The notes: generated from the letters alone by a model not told the origin. DNA of 63,492 nt, filler included, from Octopus bimaculoides (GCF_001194135.2; 4 parts of 4 records of this genome joined end to end with filler, not necessarily neighbours in it); one strand, 5' to 3'; numbered from the whole stretch's first letter, positions 50,775 through 63,492 are shown. Numbers and translations: made by a program.

Positions 50775-51158
50775 GTTGTTGTAGGCACTCCGTCGCTTAC
50801 GACGTCGAGGGTTCCAGTTGATCCGATCAACGGAACAACCTGCTTGTGAAATTAACGTGCAAGTGGCTGAGCACTCCACAGACACGTGTACCCTTAACGT
50901 AGTTCTCGGGGATATTCAGCGTGACACAGTGTGACAAGGCTGACCCTTTGAATTACAGGCACAACAGAAACAGGAAGTAAGAGTGAGAGAAAGTTGTGGC
51001 GGAAGAGTACAGCAGGGTTCGCCACCATCCCTTGCCGGAGCCTCGTGGAACTTTAGGTGTTTTCGCTCAATAAACACTCACAACGCCCGGTCTGGGAATC
51101 GAAACCGCGATCCTATGACCGGGAGTCCGCTGCCCTAACCACTGGGCCATTGCGCCTC
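50775..51158 (-). mobile_element. Full-length tRNA-derived SINE: central domain D + tail 1, with 12-bp TSD
   Basis: A-box TGGCCCAGTGG, B-box GGTTTCGATTCC, short (CAA) tail; CACTACCATACT is duplicated at 50763-50774 and 51159-51170. Confidence 0.92.
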
Positions 51159-51563
51159 CACTACCATACTATACTGTTGGATAATGCGGTCCTGGGTAGC
51201 CCGCAAATAGCTAAAGATAATAAGTAAAAAATTTTTTTTAAAGGGTGAGATGATTCCAGCTGAAACGATCATAGGTCTGTTCGATCAATAATGACCTGGG
51301 GTGAAACAACAACAACAACAACAAGAACAGTGGCGACAACTTTCGCACCTTCGAGCAATTTAATGAACAAATATGAAATATTTGCCGTGTCGTTTTCAAA
51401 CAATATCGCTATGTATCATGTTATCAGAGATGATAAAAAATTCAATGGGCAGATGTTAGAGTTGCTAAACTTTCTCAAGACCAGCTGGCTATTCACGTGA
51501 CCTCACTGAATATTTATTACTGTAACTTGAGGACGATTCTGCATTGAGAAAACCCTTTCAGTC

Positions 51564-51603
51564 ATGGAGAGAGTATTCCTTTTTACGGTTGGGCTGCTGG
51601 CAA
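51564..51603 (+). CDS. Candidate first coding exon (signal peptide MERVFLFTVGLLA) of a secreted protein
   Basis: ccctttcag|TC ATG...GCA A|gtgagt; the phase 1 donor joins 56956 to complete a signal peptide. Confidence 0.45.
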
Positions 51604-52012
51604 GTGAGTATTGACGTTCCTTCATCAATTTGTTGTTGTTTAGTCCCAAGTTTGTCATTGTCGAACAGACTTATGATCAAAGGCGTTCCAGTAGTGACCG
51701 ACTCATTTATTTTTTGTGTATCTGTTACCAAACTAATTTAGTCATTTTTTAAGGGCATCAATCAAAGGAAATGTCGTCGTTGTTTCTAACAGGCCTTGAG
51801 ACTGTAGAGAATTCCTCGTTGTCTTGAAGTTTAATTCTTTAATCCCGACAAGTGTAATAGTCACGCTGTTCGAATGAACAATTATACATTCGGTTGGGCT
51901 CTTGTTAGGGTTTCTGGGACCATTTCGTAAGAAATAGGGGAAAGAAAACTATTGTTCACTTCTCTGTTACATTTTGTTTTGATGTGAGGGAAGGACTGTA
52001 CTCACACACACA

Positions 52013-52086
<74 letters not shown>

Positions 52087-52559
52087 AATATCATGTTGGT
52101 ATAAATGCACATTGGAACATAAGATTCACACATATTCACATACAGACATTAATATCTGTAAACAATACTAAATGTACAGAGATGAAACCTATGTTGCATA
52201 TAGATTAATGCTTCGCTTATCGCTCCCCTGTTTTGATCTGGTTCGCAACAGTGTTCTTTTGTCTTTCTTGGAGATAGTATTTTCGTTTGGGATAGTACTG
52301 CATCATTATTATAATTTTATGCTAAGACGTAAGGAAATATGATTCACATTCTACTTTACAACCGTTAGCGTAGCTGAGAGAGGATGGACGAGGAGTAGTC
52401 TGCCCCGGACGACATTTTTGGGTTCTTTTGAGTCTTCTGTATAAGCCCCAAGCATGTGACATACTCAAGGGCTGCCCCGGTTCGCACACGCTTTAGCTAT
52501 GCCACTGTTTACACACGAAATTTTCACGCAGTATCTTTCTTTTTTTTTTTACCATTCGT

Positions 52560-54130
52560 AAGTGGAAAACGGTCTGCAATACCAAGTGATGTATCTTCAT
52601 ATAAGAACCGTGAAAAAGCACTAGATATGAATAGACAACTGTTGAGGTGAACAGAAGATGACGAGCAACAGACGTATGTGGGTGTTTAAACTTGAGTACA
52701 TCTACGATGAAAACCATCATAGAAAATAGGGACAAATTAGTTATTTCTGCCATGATGAGGGCCATCTTTAGATGCTCATGGGGCCGGACGTTGTGACTGG
52801 TAAATTGTTAAACTGTTTCCTCACATGCCTTCTCCAAAGGACTCAAGGATTCAACGGGTCAAATGGGCTCCAGTGCTTCAACCCTTACAACATTTACCTT
52901 AAGATGACTCTTTCTATGATGACCTTGTTATCAGCGAAAAAGATGACTTGTTCAAAGAGTAACAAGTGAAAAATATGCTAGTTGTATGCGTAGATGACGA
53001 TGTACAACTCACTATTTCTTTACGCCAATTTCTTATAGTAGGAAAATAAATAAGGGGCAACTTTAGATACTTAACAGGAAAAAATATAGAGAAGATAATT
53101 GAAGAGCATCCACAGCTAGCTGAGGTTGGTTTTGTAGATTCAAACGATTGCATAACATTCAAAATATCGGCGTGTCTTGTGAGGTTGCATGTGTTGACAC
53201 TCAGGCAACCAAGAAATTTCCTCATATTCTTTAGAGTATCATCGAGTGTAGCAGCTACTCTCCCTAAGTAATATTCGATCTGGATTAAACAAGTCTTTTC
53301 TGGAAAAGCGTGTCAACCTGCGTGTTCATCCCTCGAGACGGAAAAACTCTTCTGGGTTAAAAGCTGTTTAACACTGCTATTTGGCAGTAATACTTCAAGA
53401 AATTTAAGCTGAAACCGACGCTAGTTTATCATCCAGAAGAGCGAGGACAATGCGAACATCCTCTATTTATGATTTAAGAATCAAAAGCTTGTCTGGCGTA
53501 TATAACAGGTTACCCCAGAATCTAGACAGTCATCATACCGGCATTGCAATCGAAGTAGTTTACTTGTCACAAAAAATCATTTCCTGACTGAATTTTTAGT
53601 ATAAAGACCTGCTAACTTCATTTTACTTTCAAAGAACTTGTTGAAGCAGAGGACCAAGAATAAACAATATATCGGGAATTTTTTTTTTTTGTTGTTGAAA
53701 ATCTATCATAAAAGTGCATGGTTAATATCAAAACATTTCGGGACGAAGTACATTATAACTGCATGAATAAAGTTTGGAAAAGGCTATGGTCAGAAGCATG
53801 CACTGATTTCCTGGAATTTGATTAAGAAATAGTATCAGCGGTCATCAATGACGTTATTGATCAGGCCAATGGAAGAAGAATGCAAACTATCAATGCTTAG
53901 AATTTGGAGGATTAAATGAAATCCCAATGTAAGACTTCATGTATTGCACAGTTACAAAAGTTGTCACAGCCACGCATCTAAAATGAATCTGATGATCTTA
54001 CCGTAGAGAAATTGACACCAGAAAGAATTCTTCCTTCCGAATTCTTCATTAACAGCCCTACTAAGATTGCAGAAATCACGGACCAGTTTATTGAGAATTA
54101 CTGAGATTAGGAACACAGCAACAAGGTAAA
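52560..54130 (+). pseudogene. Degenerate Tigger/pogo DDE transposase
   Basis: Broken frames resemble D.TGLFWKR, LTLLFGSN..(G.F)KLKP.L.Y and MNKVWKRLWSEACTDFLEF (recalled Tigger motifs). Confidence 0.55.
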
Positions 54131-54658
54131 CAGGATTGTTCTGGAGATGATAAATACGTTACCATGAGCTTCGTGACAAAGTTTTCTGTCGTAAACGCAG
54201 ACGAATTAGTTGTTTTCTTCGAAAAGAAACCAATGTGCATGGAAGAACTACAACCTGCACATCCCAGAGTAGGTCCCGTGGTTAAAGTTGAATAATTTAA
54301 CTTATTTCATTATTCCATAATGACATTGTATTTTAATAGACGTTTTTCTAACATCACATTTGGGGTTATCTGAAGTTATTAAATGCTTGGTATGTGCAAC
54401 AGTGAGTCTCTGGATTTAGTAGTCGATTGACGATGTCTTCCACATACATTCTTGTTCGCATGACTGTTACAAATAATCTGCTGAACTTGTATCTTTACAT
54501 TGCATCTTTATACAGCGTAATGATCCCGAATAGCGCCCTTCAGTTTAAACCTAAACATTTTATGAACGTACTCAGAGCACAAATCGAGGTACTATAGAAC
54601 ACATAAGGCTAAACATGCGTACTTTAAAACGTATGCATGATATATCTGTGCACAAATG

Positions 54659-54708
<50 letters not shown>

Positions 54709-54748
54709 CCTATAAACATNNNNNNNNNNACCTATAAACATACATACC

Positions 54749-54789
<41 letters not shown>

Positions 54790-54876
54790 ATCCTCGGCAA
54801 AAAATAAATCCGAAAAAGAAGCAAACTCTAAGTTATAGAGCAGTATATTATATAAAGTTAGATAACGCCGGTATAT

Positions 54877-54937
54877 GGGGTTACCATGGGTTTTACGTCC
54901 ATAAAGCGCTTAGCTTTACGGCGTGTCACCAGATCCC
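54877..54937 (-). ncRNA. Degenerate hammerhead in the left inverted Penelope end
   Basis: GGGAU-CUGGUGA-long stem II-AAAA-CCCAUG-GUA: two core substitutions relative to the right copy. Confidence 0.55.
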
Positions 54938-56673
54938 AAAGCAGTTGGCTTATGGCCTCTCTAGAGAGCGGAAGGACCTTGCTATTCGGTATCAACAACA
55001 GGGGATTGTCTCCCTTCGGCTATCGATCGTAAGTGACTCTGTTATCTTGTGAGTTCCAATAGGCCAACAAGAATTTCCTGAAATGTATGGATGTTCCCCA
55101 GTTCATGGGAGTCCTTTAGTATCCTCGCCCGTTCCGCTATGCGCAGTTAACAATACTTGGTCCTTCCCATCAACAGCGAAGAAGACTAAACACCTGCCCT
55201 TAATTACGATAGGCTGCTAGAAAACAATATCACACAGAAGTATAGATTCGCTCCCCCCCCCCCACACACACACAACAACAACATCAACAGTGAGTGTTGT
55301 TCAATAAAGATTCGAGCTGGGTGAAGCAATCCGACTCTGCAGGCTTCTTTGATGTAGCGATATGGGCCTGCGACTGCGCCGATGTATGTGACCTCATCGG
55401 GTTGTATATCCTTGTTACCCTTAAAAAAGTTCCCTTCTGTCCTCTTTGGTCTCCACAGAGATGACGCCCTGGCCATCTCTAGAGGAGGAAACGAGCACAG
55501 GTTTAGGAAAAATTTAATTAGCACACTTGGCTTCATGGGACTGAAAATTACCATCGAGATCAATCTCACCACCGCGGACTTCTCAGACGTCACGCTCGAC
55601 TCGGGCTCCGGTACATACAGGCCCTACCGCAAGCCAAATGAGAGGCTAACGTACATCAACACAGCCTTCCGTCACCCACCCTTTGTGTTCAAAAACCTGG
55701 TGAAGGGTGTTAGCAAGAGGATCACGAACCTTTCCTTTTTTTGATGCAGCAGCCCCCTACTATAACGAGGCTCTAGCGGATTTAGGTACCTATCTTTTAC
55801 ATGCCGGGCCCCAACATCCGTAGAAGGGAGCATCGCAGAAATATCATTTGGTCCTCCCACTACCACTTAACGTAAAAACGTCTGTAGGTAGGATATTCCT
55901 TAATAAACGCTTCACACGTTCACTTAGGTACGGACGCATTTTCAACAGACACAATCTTAGGTTCTCTTTTAGCTATGCCCCCAATATTAAGAGTATTTTA
56001 GTTAGTACCCCTAGACCACGAGCGGAGGTAGGATGCTCATACAGGGACCACGAACAGAACCAGCGGCAGCACCCTCACCAGCGATAACAACAATAACAAC
56101 ATCAACGGCAGTAATAACAGTATCCATAACGGAAGCAGCAGCAGAGCCATCACCAGTGATATCTATAACAGCAGTGACAGCGCCTCCATCAACGACGATG
56201 ATCATAACAACAACAGCACCGCCAACACCCGAGCAAGGAGATATTTAAGCTGCTCCGGTAACACATTCAAGCAACACCTCTCCAACCACAGATCCTCCTT
56301 CAGGATACCGAAAGAAGATACGTTACGTCACTAGCCAGCCATGTATGATAGTTGAAGGATGACGGGATTCCATACACGATATCACAAAGAATCCTAAAAA
56401 TCCAGGCCCCCAACATAAACGGGACCAAGCTTTGCAAACTGTGCATAGCGGAACAGGCGAGGATACTAAAGGACTTCATAGACCAGGGGAACATCCTTAA
56501 CTCCAGAACGGAAGTCTTTGGACCGTGCTTGCCTATTGGAACCCAAAAGATGACAGGGTCACTTACGATCGATAGCCAAAGGGAGACTGTTGTTGATATT
56601 GAGTAGCGAAGTCCTTTCTTCCTCGATTTTCGAGAGAGGCCGCTCGCTAGAGAGGTCATAAGCTAACAGATTT

Positions 56674-56734
56674 GGGATCTGATGATAGGCCATAAAGTTA
56701 AGCGCTTTATGGACGTGAAACCTTGAGTAATCCC
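56674..56734 (+). ncRNA. Type I hammerhead ribozyme in the Penelope 3' end
   Basis: GGGAU-CUGAUGA-UAGG-CCAUAAAG-UUAAGCG-CUUUAUGG-ACGU-GAAA-CCUUGA-GUA/AUCCC. The core is intact, stem I has 5 bp, and stem II has an 8-bp distal helix with a mismatched base. Confidence 0.7.
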
Positions 56735-56840
56735 ATAAACTGGCATTGTCTAACTTTATTTATATAACACACACACACACACACACATGAATATATGTGC
56801 ATTGCATGTGTGTGTGTTAGTTGTGTGTATGCGTGTGTGT

Positions 56841-56885
<45 letters not shown>

Positions 56886-56955
56886 AAATAAAGCTTTATG
56901 CACGTGTTATAGCTGTTACCTAAATATTTCTACGTGACTTATTTTTTTGTTACAG

Positions 56956-57010
56956 GTGTTCAAGCAATCGCTCCGCCGCCACTAATCAATATTACCTATA
57001 TAGAACCCAG
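56956..57010 (+). CDS. Candidate second coding exon (VQAIAPPPLINITYIEP)
   Basis: atttttttgttacag|GT...CCCAG|gtgagg, 55 nt, phase 1-2. Joined to 51564-51603 it gives MERVFLFTVGLLASVQA/IAPPP with an A-x-A-like cleavage site and an N-I-T sequon. Confidence 0.5.
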
Positions 57011-57605
57011 GTGAGGTGCTTTGATCTATTACAACTGCTACTTACAAATACACACAGTACACAAAACATACAAATACAGTCTCCATACAGTATATAAAAA
57101 GCGTTAATTATATTTATAGATCTTATTAATATTTATAGAACTGAAGCGTACTGAGGTTTTTCGTCGCAGTTAATTCATCAATTTCGTTACAGGATTAGTT
57201 GTGTCAATCTAGTTGTACAATTTCAAATGAGGTTGTAAAAAAAACCATTAGTTGACTTTGGAGTATGAGAGCTGGTCCAGGAACTGGTTTTGTTAAGGTG
57301 CAACCCAGATGTTTTCTCAACTTCAGTAAAGTGACCTGGGCATCTGATATTGACTTCGGGTTGCGTCCGTGCTGATAAATCCCAATTAATCCAAGAGATG
57401 TATTTAACATATAAACATTCTTCCTGAACCGTCATAAAATTTTACGTTTTTAATCCAACACCTGGGTTGGTATAATTCCTTAGCTTTTCAGTTCAGCTTT
57501 GTGCAACAGTCAGACAGACAAACACGCGCGCGCGCGCGCACGCGCACGTGTGTGTATGTAGAGATAGATAGATAAATAGATAGATAGGTACACAGATAGA
57601 CAGAC

Positions 57606-57637
<32 letters not shown>

Positions 57638-57647
57638 TTTTAGATAC

Positions 57648-58038
57648 TCTTTTACTCTTTTACTTGTTTCAATCATTTGACTGTGGCCATGCTAGAGCAC
57701 CGCCTTTAGTCGAGCAAAGCGATCCCAGGACTTATTCTTTGTAAGCCTAGTACTTATTCTATCGGTCTATTTTGCTAAACCGCTAAGTTACGGGGACGTA
57801 AGCACACTAGCATCGGTTGTCAAGCGATATTGGGGGGGGGGACAAACACAGACACACAAACATATACACACACATACACATATATATATACATATATACG
57901 ATAGGCTTCTTTCAGTTTCCGTCTACAAAATCCACTCACAAGGCTTTGGTCGGCCCGAGGCTATAGTAGAAGACACTTGCCCAAGGTGCCACGCAGTGAG
58001 ATTGAACCCGGAACCATGTGGTTTGTAAGCAAGCTACT
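57648..58038 (-). mobile_element. Near full-length SINE family A with internal microsatellite
   Basis: Contiguous head, internal (TA/TG) tract, 3' body and (GTAAAAGA)n tail. Confidence 0.9.
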
Positions 58039-59183
58039 GGGTGGTCTTTTCTTTGCCAAATAAACACAGGCACTATATATTTGTTCATCACTCGTTTATT
58101 ACTATTCTTATTCTAACTCATGTCCATTGTCCGGAAAATTTTCGTCTCACACCTGTGACCTCTTCAGCGACGCTTACCGTCTTCGTGTGTGCTCTACTTA
58201 TACAATACTGTTCTTATTGGGTGTTTATTTAGAAAAAAAAAAAAAAAAAAATTACCATCCCGAAATATAACATTAAAACAATATATATATATAATTATAA
58301 TCATAGTAATTATAATTAAATTTATGCATTGTGATTCTCATCAGTGGGAGGAATTTTTGGAAGGATATCAAAAAAAAGGTTTAATGAAATAAAATAGGGA
58401 AAAATCGGATGTTTACAAACAAGTTGTAAAATGGAAAAAATTAACAGTGAAAAAATATAGTGAGAGACGAAAGAGAAAAAGAAGACAGATATATCAATGT
58501 GTATGCAAGTCTATATGTGCAGTAAACTATAACACACACAAAAAAAATAAAGATCTAACGGATATGTTTAAAGAAATAGTAACAGGTCGAGACGAAGTAT
58601 AATGCAAACAAGGCCATGTGTGTGTAGTAGAATATAACGCAATAGATACACTAGCAGAAAAAAACATAGAGAGTTATACGTATACATATTAATATTGAAA
58701 AACGAAAAATATATATATATTACGAGAGGTTGAAAGTGACAGGCAAGACTATGTTTGAAAAAGGTACAATATTTAAGTTAAAATGTACATACAAGCAGAG
58801 AAGAAACCGAAGAGAACTTAACAAAGAAAAACATCGATCACAGATAGGACCGGTCAGTGTATTCAAGATAGCTACCTTACTCAAAAACTAGCCCGTGTAG
58901 GGGAGACAATCCGAAGAAAATAGGGACAAAAACGAATATATGAAGGAGAAAATTATTATAAATTTACAAGCGATAGAAAAAACGCACACACTCAATACAC
59001 AAGCATAAATTTAATTATAATTACTATAATTATAATTTTTTCTTACATATTTGTATTGTTTTTGAAACGTGTGTATGTATTGAATCCAATTTTGTATTAC
59101 ATCGAATTCTGATTAAAAATCTTTTTCTCCTCCATTTTTTAATACTTGTTTATAGTATATTTATACCTAAAACGATATTTATC

Positions 59184-59235
<52 letters not shown>

Positions 59236-59335
59236 NNNNNNNNNNNNNNNNNNNNNNNNNNNNNNNNNNNNNNNNNNNNTTAATTAATTAANNNNNNNNN
59301 NNNNNNNNNNNNNNNNNNNNNNNNNNNNNNNNNNN
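59236..59335. other. Artificial assembly spacer
   Basis: 44N-TTAATTAATTAA-44N. Confidence 0.9.
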
Positions 59336-59680
59336 AATGCACAGCAATATCTGTTTAGTGGTCAGAGTGAACGGTCATCTCTCAGAGCCATTCAACATCA
59401 TGCGTTCGGTCCGGTAAAGTTGTCCCCTCTCGTCTCTCTTGTACGTACTGACTCTCGAGCCACTACTACAAAAACTGGAAGCGTCGAGAGGCATCCCACG
59501 TAACCTAGGACGTGGGAGATGCGTACCGGCATATGCCGACGACGTCACCGTAGTGGTGTCGGATCATAAACGCAGAAATGATCGGCACCGCTCTCAGGGA
59601 CTACGAGGCGGTTTCAGGAACGACAATTAATCAGGAAAAATCAGTGGGCTTGCGGCTCGGTACCCAGAGAAACAAGCTTC
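59336..59680 (+). pseudogene. Tx1/L1-clade RT fragment
   Basis: VRVNGHLSEPFNIMRSVR*SCPLSSLLYVLTLEPLL...AYADDVTVVVS, then frameshifted GTTINQEKS. Confidence 0.85.
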
Positions 59681-60631
59681 TTACCACACAACCACGCCGG
59701 CGCCTATAGCCATGCCTGTGCTTATAATGACTAAGATTATGTAGACATAAAGTAAATTTCTAACGTAGATGATAGAATATCAAATTACATGAGTTGCAAT
59801 GGATATAACTGACAACAAAGTGGGAGTAAATTTTCAATTATTGGTGTACTCAAATATTGCAAATAACTTATGGCACTTTGTAATAAATACCTATTTAGAC
59901 ACCGCCCTAAACTGACGTTTTTGCCGAAAAATCTTATATTCGTCGGTGATACTACCTTCTTACATCAACACTCTCTGAAGTGAAGTTCGACTCCTCAGTT
60001 CTGAACCTTTATGTTTGGTGATTAAATTCTTTTTNNNNNNNNNNNNNNNNNNNNNNNNNNNNNNNNNNNNNNNNNNNNNNNNNNNNNNNNNNNNNNNNNN
60101 NNNNNNNNNNNNNNNNNNNNNNNNNNNNNNNNNNNNNNNNNNNNNNNNNNNNNNNNNNNNNNNNNNNNNNNNNNNNNNNNNNNNNNNNNNNNNNNNNNNN
60201 NNNNNNNNNNNNNNNNNNNNNNNNNNNNNNNNNNNNNNNNNNNNNNNNNNNNNNNNNNNNNNNNNNNNNNNNNNNNNNNNNNNNNNNNNNNNNNNNNNNN
60301 NNNNNNNNNNNNNNNNNNNNNNNNNNNNNNNNNNNNNNNNNNNNNNNNNNNNNNNNNNNNNNNNNNNNNNNNNNNNNNNNNNNNNNNNNNNNNNNNNNNN
60401 NNNNNNNNNNNNNNNNNNNNNNNNNNNNNNNNNNNNNNNNNNNNNNNNNNNNNNNNNNNNNNNNNNNNNNNNNNNNNNNNNNNNNNNNNNNNNNNNNNNN
60501 NNNNNNNNNNNNNNNNNNNNNNNNNNNNNNNNNNNNNNNNNNNNNNNNNNNNNNNNNNNNNNNNNNNNNNNNNNNNNNNNNNNNNNNNNNNNNNNNNNNN
60601 NNNNNNNNNNNNNNNNNNNNNNNNNNNNNNN

Positions 60632-60830
60632 CAGCAACAGGCCCAGATGGACTCCCGGCTGTTCTCTTAAAGACATGTAAAAAGGCTCTTGCAAAGCCAC
60701 TGCAGATACTTTTTCAGAGTTTCCTTGCATGTGGTAAACTTCCCAACATGCTAAAAGAGGGTATAATATGCCCCGTTCATAAAAGAGAGAGCAGAGTAGA
60801 TGTTAAAAACTCCAGGCCCATCTCTCTTCG
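60632..60830 (+). pseudogene. CR1/L2/Jockey-like RT N-terminal fragment
   Basis: ATGPDGLPAVLLKTCKKALAKPLQILFQSFL..GKLP..LKEGIICPVHK...KNSRPISL. Confidence 0.8.
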
Positions 60831-60926
60831 TATTGTCTATTTATCTTTTTGAAGGGTTATGTCAATCCTTTTAAAAGATTATTATTATTATTATTATTAT
60901 CATCATCATTATTATTATTATTATTA

Positions 60927-61130
60927 AGGCGGCGAGCTGGCAGAATCGTTAGCACGCTGGGTGAAATGCCTAGCGTTATTTCGCCCGTTGCTACGTTCTG
61001 AATTCAAAATTCCGTCGAGGTTGACTTTGCCTTTCATCCTTTCGGGGTCAATAAATTAAGTACTAGTTTAATCGACTGGCCTCCTCCCCCAAAATTTCAG
61101 GCTTTGTGACCGTGTGCCTATAATAAAAGG
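60927..61130 (+). mobile_element. SINE family B within (ATT)n
   Basis: AAGGCGGCGAGCTGGCAGAATCGTTAGC head; (ATT)n on both flanks. Confidence 0.9.
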
Positions 61131-61169
61131 GATTATTATTATTTATTTACTTACTTACTATTCATTAAT

Positions 61170-61245
61170 TTATTTAATGAGGGCGTATGGCATTCACAAT
61201 TTCGGTGTCGACAACAAAAACAACAACATCAGCAGTGACAGCAGC

Positions 61246-61278
<33 letters not shown>

Positions 61279-63492
61279 AACAGCAGGAACAATACGAAAG
61301 AAATGAATCATAAAAACGCAAATATCACCTCTGCATCTTTTGCATCAGCGGCAAGAAATATGGGAAATTTACACATAGACGAAGAAGAATTAAAATTAGC
61401 AAGAAAAATTGTAAAAAGAGATGGGAGAAGGGTAGCTCTAAACCCTCTATCCGACATCATAGAAAATATCGCAAGATACACGGTAACATAGCTTTGCATC
61501 GGAGTCAAGTCTCGGCACGTGGGAAATGCTCCTGAGAGCGTGTGGGAACAAAAGACCCCCATCACCCGAGGAATGAAGTTTGGAACTATTGAGGTGAGAT
61601 TTGGAACGAAAGAGAGCTAGATGTAATTCCGCAACCACTTTGAGGAATGGCAACTTTTTCTTAATCCCCAGCTATCGTAGCCAAAGCCTTGTCACGATTA
61701 GGGTGCTGAATGTGCCGCCAGAAATATCCATTACCTGGTTAGTGGCGGTCGTCTTGGCAGGTTTAGAAGAAGACGAAGAAAACGAAGTCACAATATTGGA
61801 GGTCAAGAAACTACCTAAGCAAAACTGGTTAGGTATAGGTATGGAACTGACCTTACAATGCAAGTAGGACCATATTTGTCCAGCTGCCAGATCTAATCGA
61901 TCTCCCGAATGGTACACAGCTGTCAGTGTTCGTGGAGGGTAGAAAGCCAAGATCTAACACATGTGGATCTGTAAATCACTTAAAGGCTTTCTGCCCTAAA
62001 ACAAGGAAAAATAAAGTACCACTACTGCCAACATTACAAACACCACAAGTGCAAAATCATAAGCAAATGATCAAGACTCCTACTGCTACTCCCATACTCA
62101 CGACCACACCCACTCCCAAACCAAGACAAAGAAGGAGTCTACTCTCGGTTTCCACGGAAAAGCAGGTTTCTCTTGAATACCCTTCCTCCCAAACTAGCAT
62201 CAACTGCAATAACATGGAGAAAGAAGAGCTGAACGATTAGTGGATCGCAGTGACAAAAGTGGGTAGGGAAAAGAGGAGGAGAGTACGCAATCCTACTCTA
62301 AGAAATCAACAAAAACTTATTCTGAAACTAGAGTTGCAACACAATTCCCAACCACTCCACCAAAAAACAAGAACAAGATCAACAATTTCATAAACAGCAA
62401 CAGTTCTTCAGGTATCTAGAAACATTCTTGGGAACGTCTCGTACTTTAGTACTCGTGGGATATTGGAATAGTATTCCTGATTCACAGAAATACTGTGTGG
62501 GTTTAGTACATAATAGAAGGGGGTGTATAAGCCTCAAAAACCTGCTCATAACTTTCCAGCTTTATGACAGTTACCGACTGGATTTCCTTGATGTGCCGGT
62601 GTTGACATGGAGCAATCACATCAGTCATCGAGATCGTATTTAGATAGAGTATTTGTAAGGTCAGAGGATAGGGATAACACAAGTTGTCCACAGTTTAAAT
62701 TGGTCGGCTACACAGATCACAAATTTGTGATATGCTCAGTCGATTTAGATAGGACGCGTAGACAGGGACCCGGTTACTGGAAGCTGAATGCGTCTTTACC
62801 AGCTCGCAAAGACTACGGGGATCAGATTAGCGAACTAGCTAAGTGGTAGTTGACGTGGGTTATCGTCAACAACTGGTGTTAGATCGTTCTGAAGAGAGGG
62901 ATTAGAGTAGAATCGATATCTTTTAGCAAAGATTTAACAATAGAAAGAAATAGATTAGAGGGAGAACTAGTTAGCAAACTAAAAGAAGCTATTAGCAAAG
63001 GCATCGTGACCGACGTGTTAGCTGCGAATATGGCCCTTGTCCATTTCTTCGAGGCAAAACACGAATGGTGCGTTATCGGAGCTAAGACCCGTGCGCTAAA
63101 ACACGAAGGAACTAAAGTCGCCCGATGGGCCCGAATGGTAGAGACGCAACATGGAAACAGCCACGATCAAATCTTTGACGGATCAGGACGGATGTGTGCT
63201 ACTCGATTCTGAGCAGATGTGTGCGGCTTTCCTGCAGCACTTTGCGCGGCTGTTTGGGGAGGGTGATGAATCGACGACGGTAGTGAATTTTACTTTGTAC
63301 CCGGACGGTCTACCACGGCTCTCGGTAACGGACGTGAGATTCTGTGGAATGCCGATTACATACTCTGAAATACGAGAGGCGATGAGCAGTTGCACAAGTC
63401 GCAAATCGCCCGGTTTGGATGGTCCGCCCTACGAATTCTATGTTTTCATGACAGATTTGACAGCCTCTTGGCAGATGTCTACAGTAACTGGC
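61170..63492 (+). mobile_element. Degenerate Tx1/L1-clade LINE: ORF1 (zinc knuckle), AP endonuclease, start of RT; runs off the window
   Basis: ORF1 ends RSNTCGSVNHLKAFCP (CCHC with first C to S). EN motifs YLDRVFV, TDHKFV and GPGYWKLNASL; RT-entry RKSPGLDGPPYEFY at about 63400; many stops and frameshifts. Confidence 0.85.

Larger units (their letters stand above)
54843..56765 (+). mobile_element. Penelope-like element (RT + GIY-YIG, degenerate) with about 340-bp inverted terminal duplication
   Basis: FFDVA..CADVCDLIGLYIL, GLHRDDALA, GLKITIE..L....F.DVTL...GTYRPYRKPN...HPP, GNTFKQHLSNHRSSF and NGTKLCKLCIAEQ; 54843-55175 is the reverse complement of about 56420-56765. Confidence 0.9.

Noticed and set aside
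50775-51158. tRNA genes
   Set aside because: The A/B-box heads continue into SINE bodies and lack full cloverleaf and terminator; no true tRNA, rRNA or CRISPR array was seen in the window.
58128-58175. Hammerhead-like CTGAAGA...GAAAATTTTC on the minus strand
   Set aside because: Stems I and II need bulges; no repeat context; could be chance.

Overview
AT-rich, microsatellite-saturated eukaryotic DNA with many N gaps. The SINE families and repeat landscape suggest an octopus (cephalopod) draft assembly; this is an inference and was not database-checked. Nearly all ORFs in the supplied track are microsatellite or gap translations. The window is mostly mobile-element debris: tRNA-derived SINEs, RTE, Tx1/L1, CR1-like, R4/Dong-like and HERO-like LINE remnants, three Penelope-like remnants, and mariner, Tigger and hAT remnants. 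The best-supported host coding signal is a minus-strand exon encoding a GPS autoproteolysis motif (CQTNHL/TKF; adhesion-GPCR or polycystin-1 family), followed by a 21-nt microexon. There are also candidate plus-strand exons of a secreted protein. The most interesting unannotated signals are (1) several type I hammerhead ribozymes, two inside about 310-350 bp tandem or direct-repeat units that resemble retrozymes, plus a pair in the inverted ends of a Penelope element, and (2) four SINE copies that form a complete 2x2 swap of central and tail modules. Three identical 100-bp spacers (44N-TTAATTAATTAA-44N) are artificial joins, so continuity across them is uncertain.
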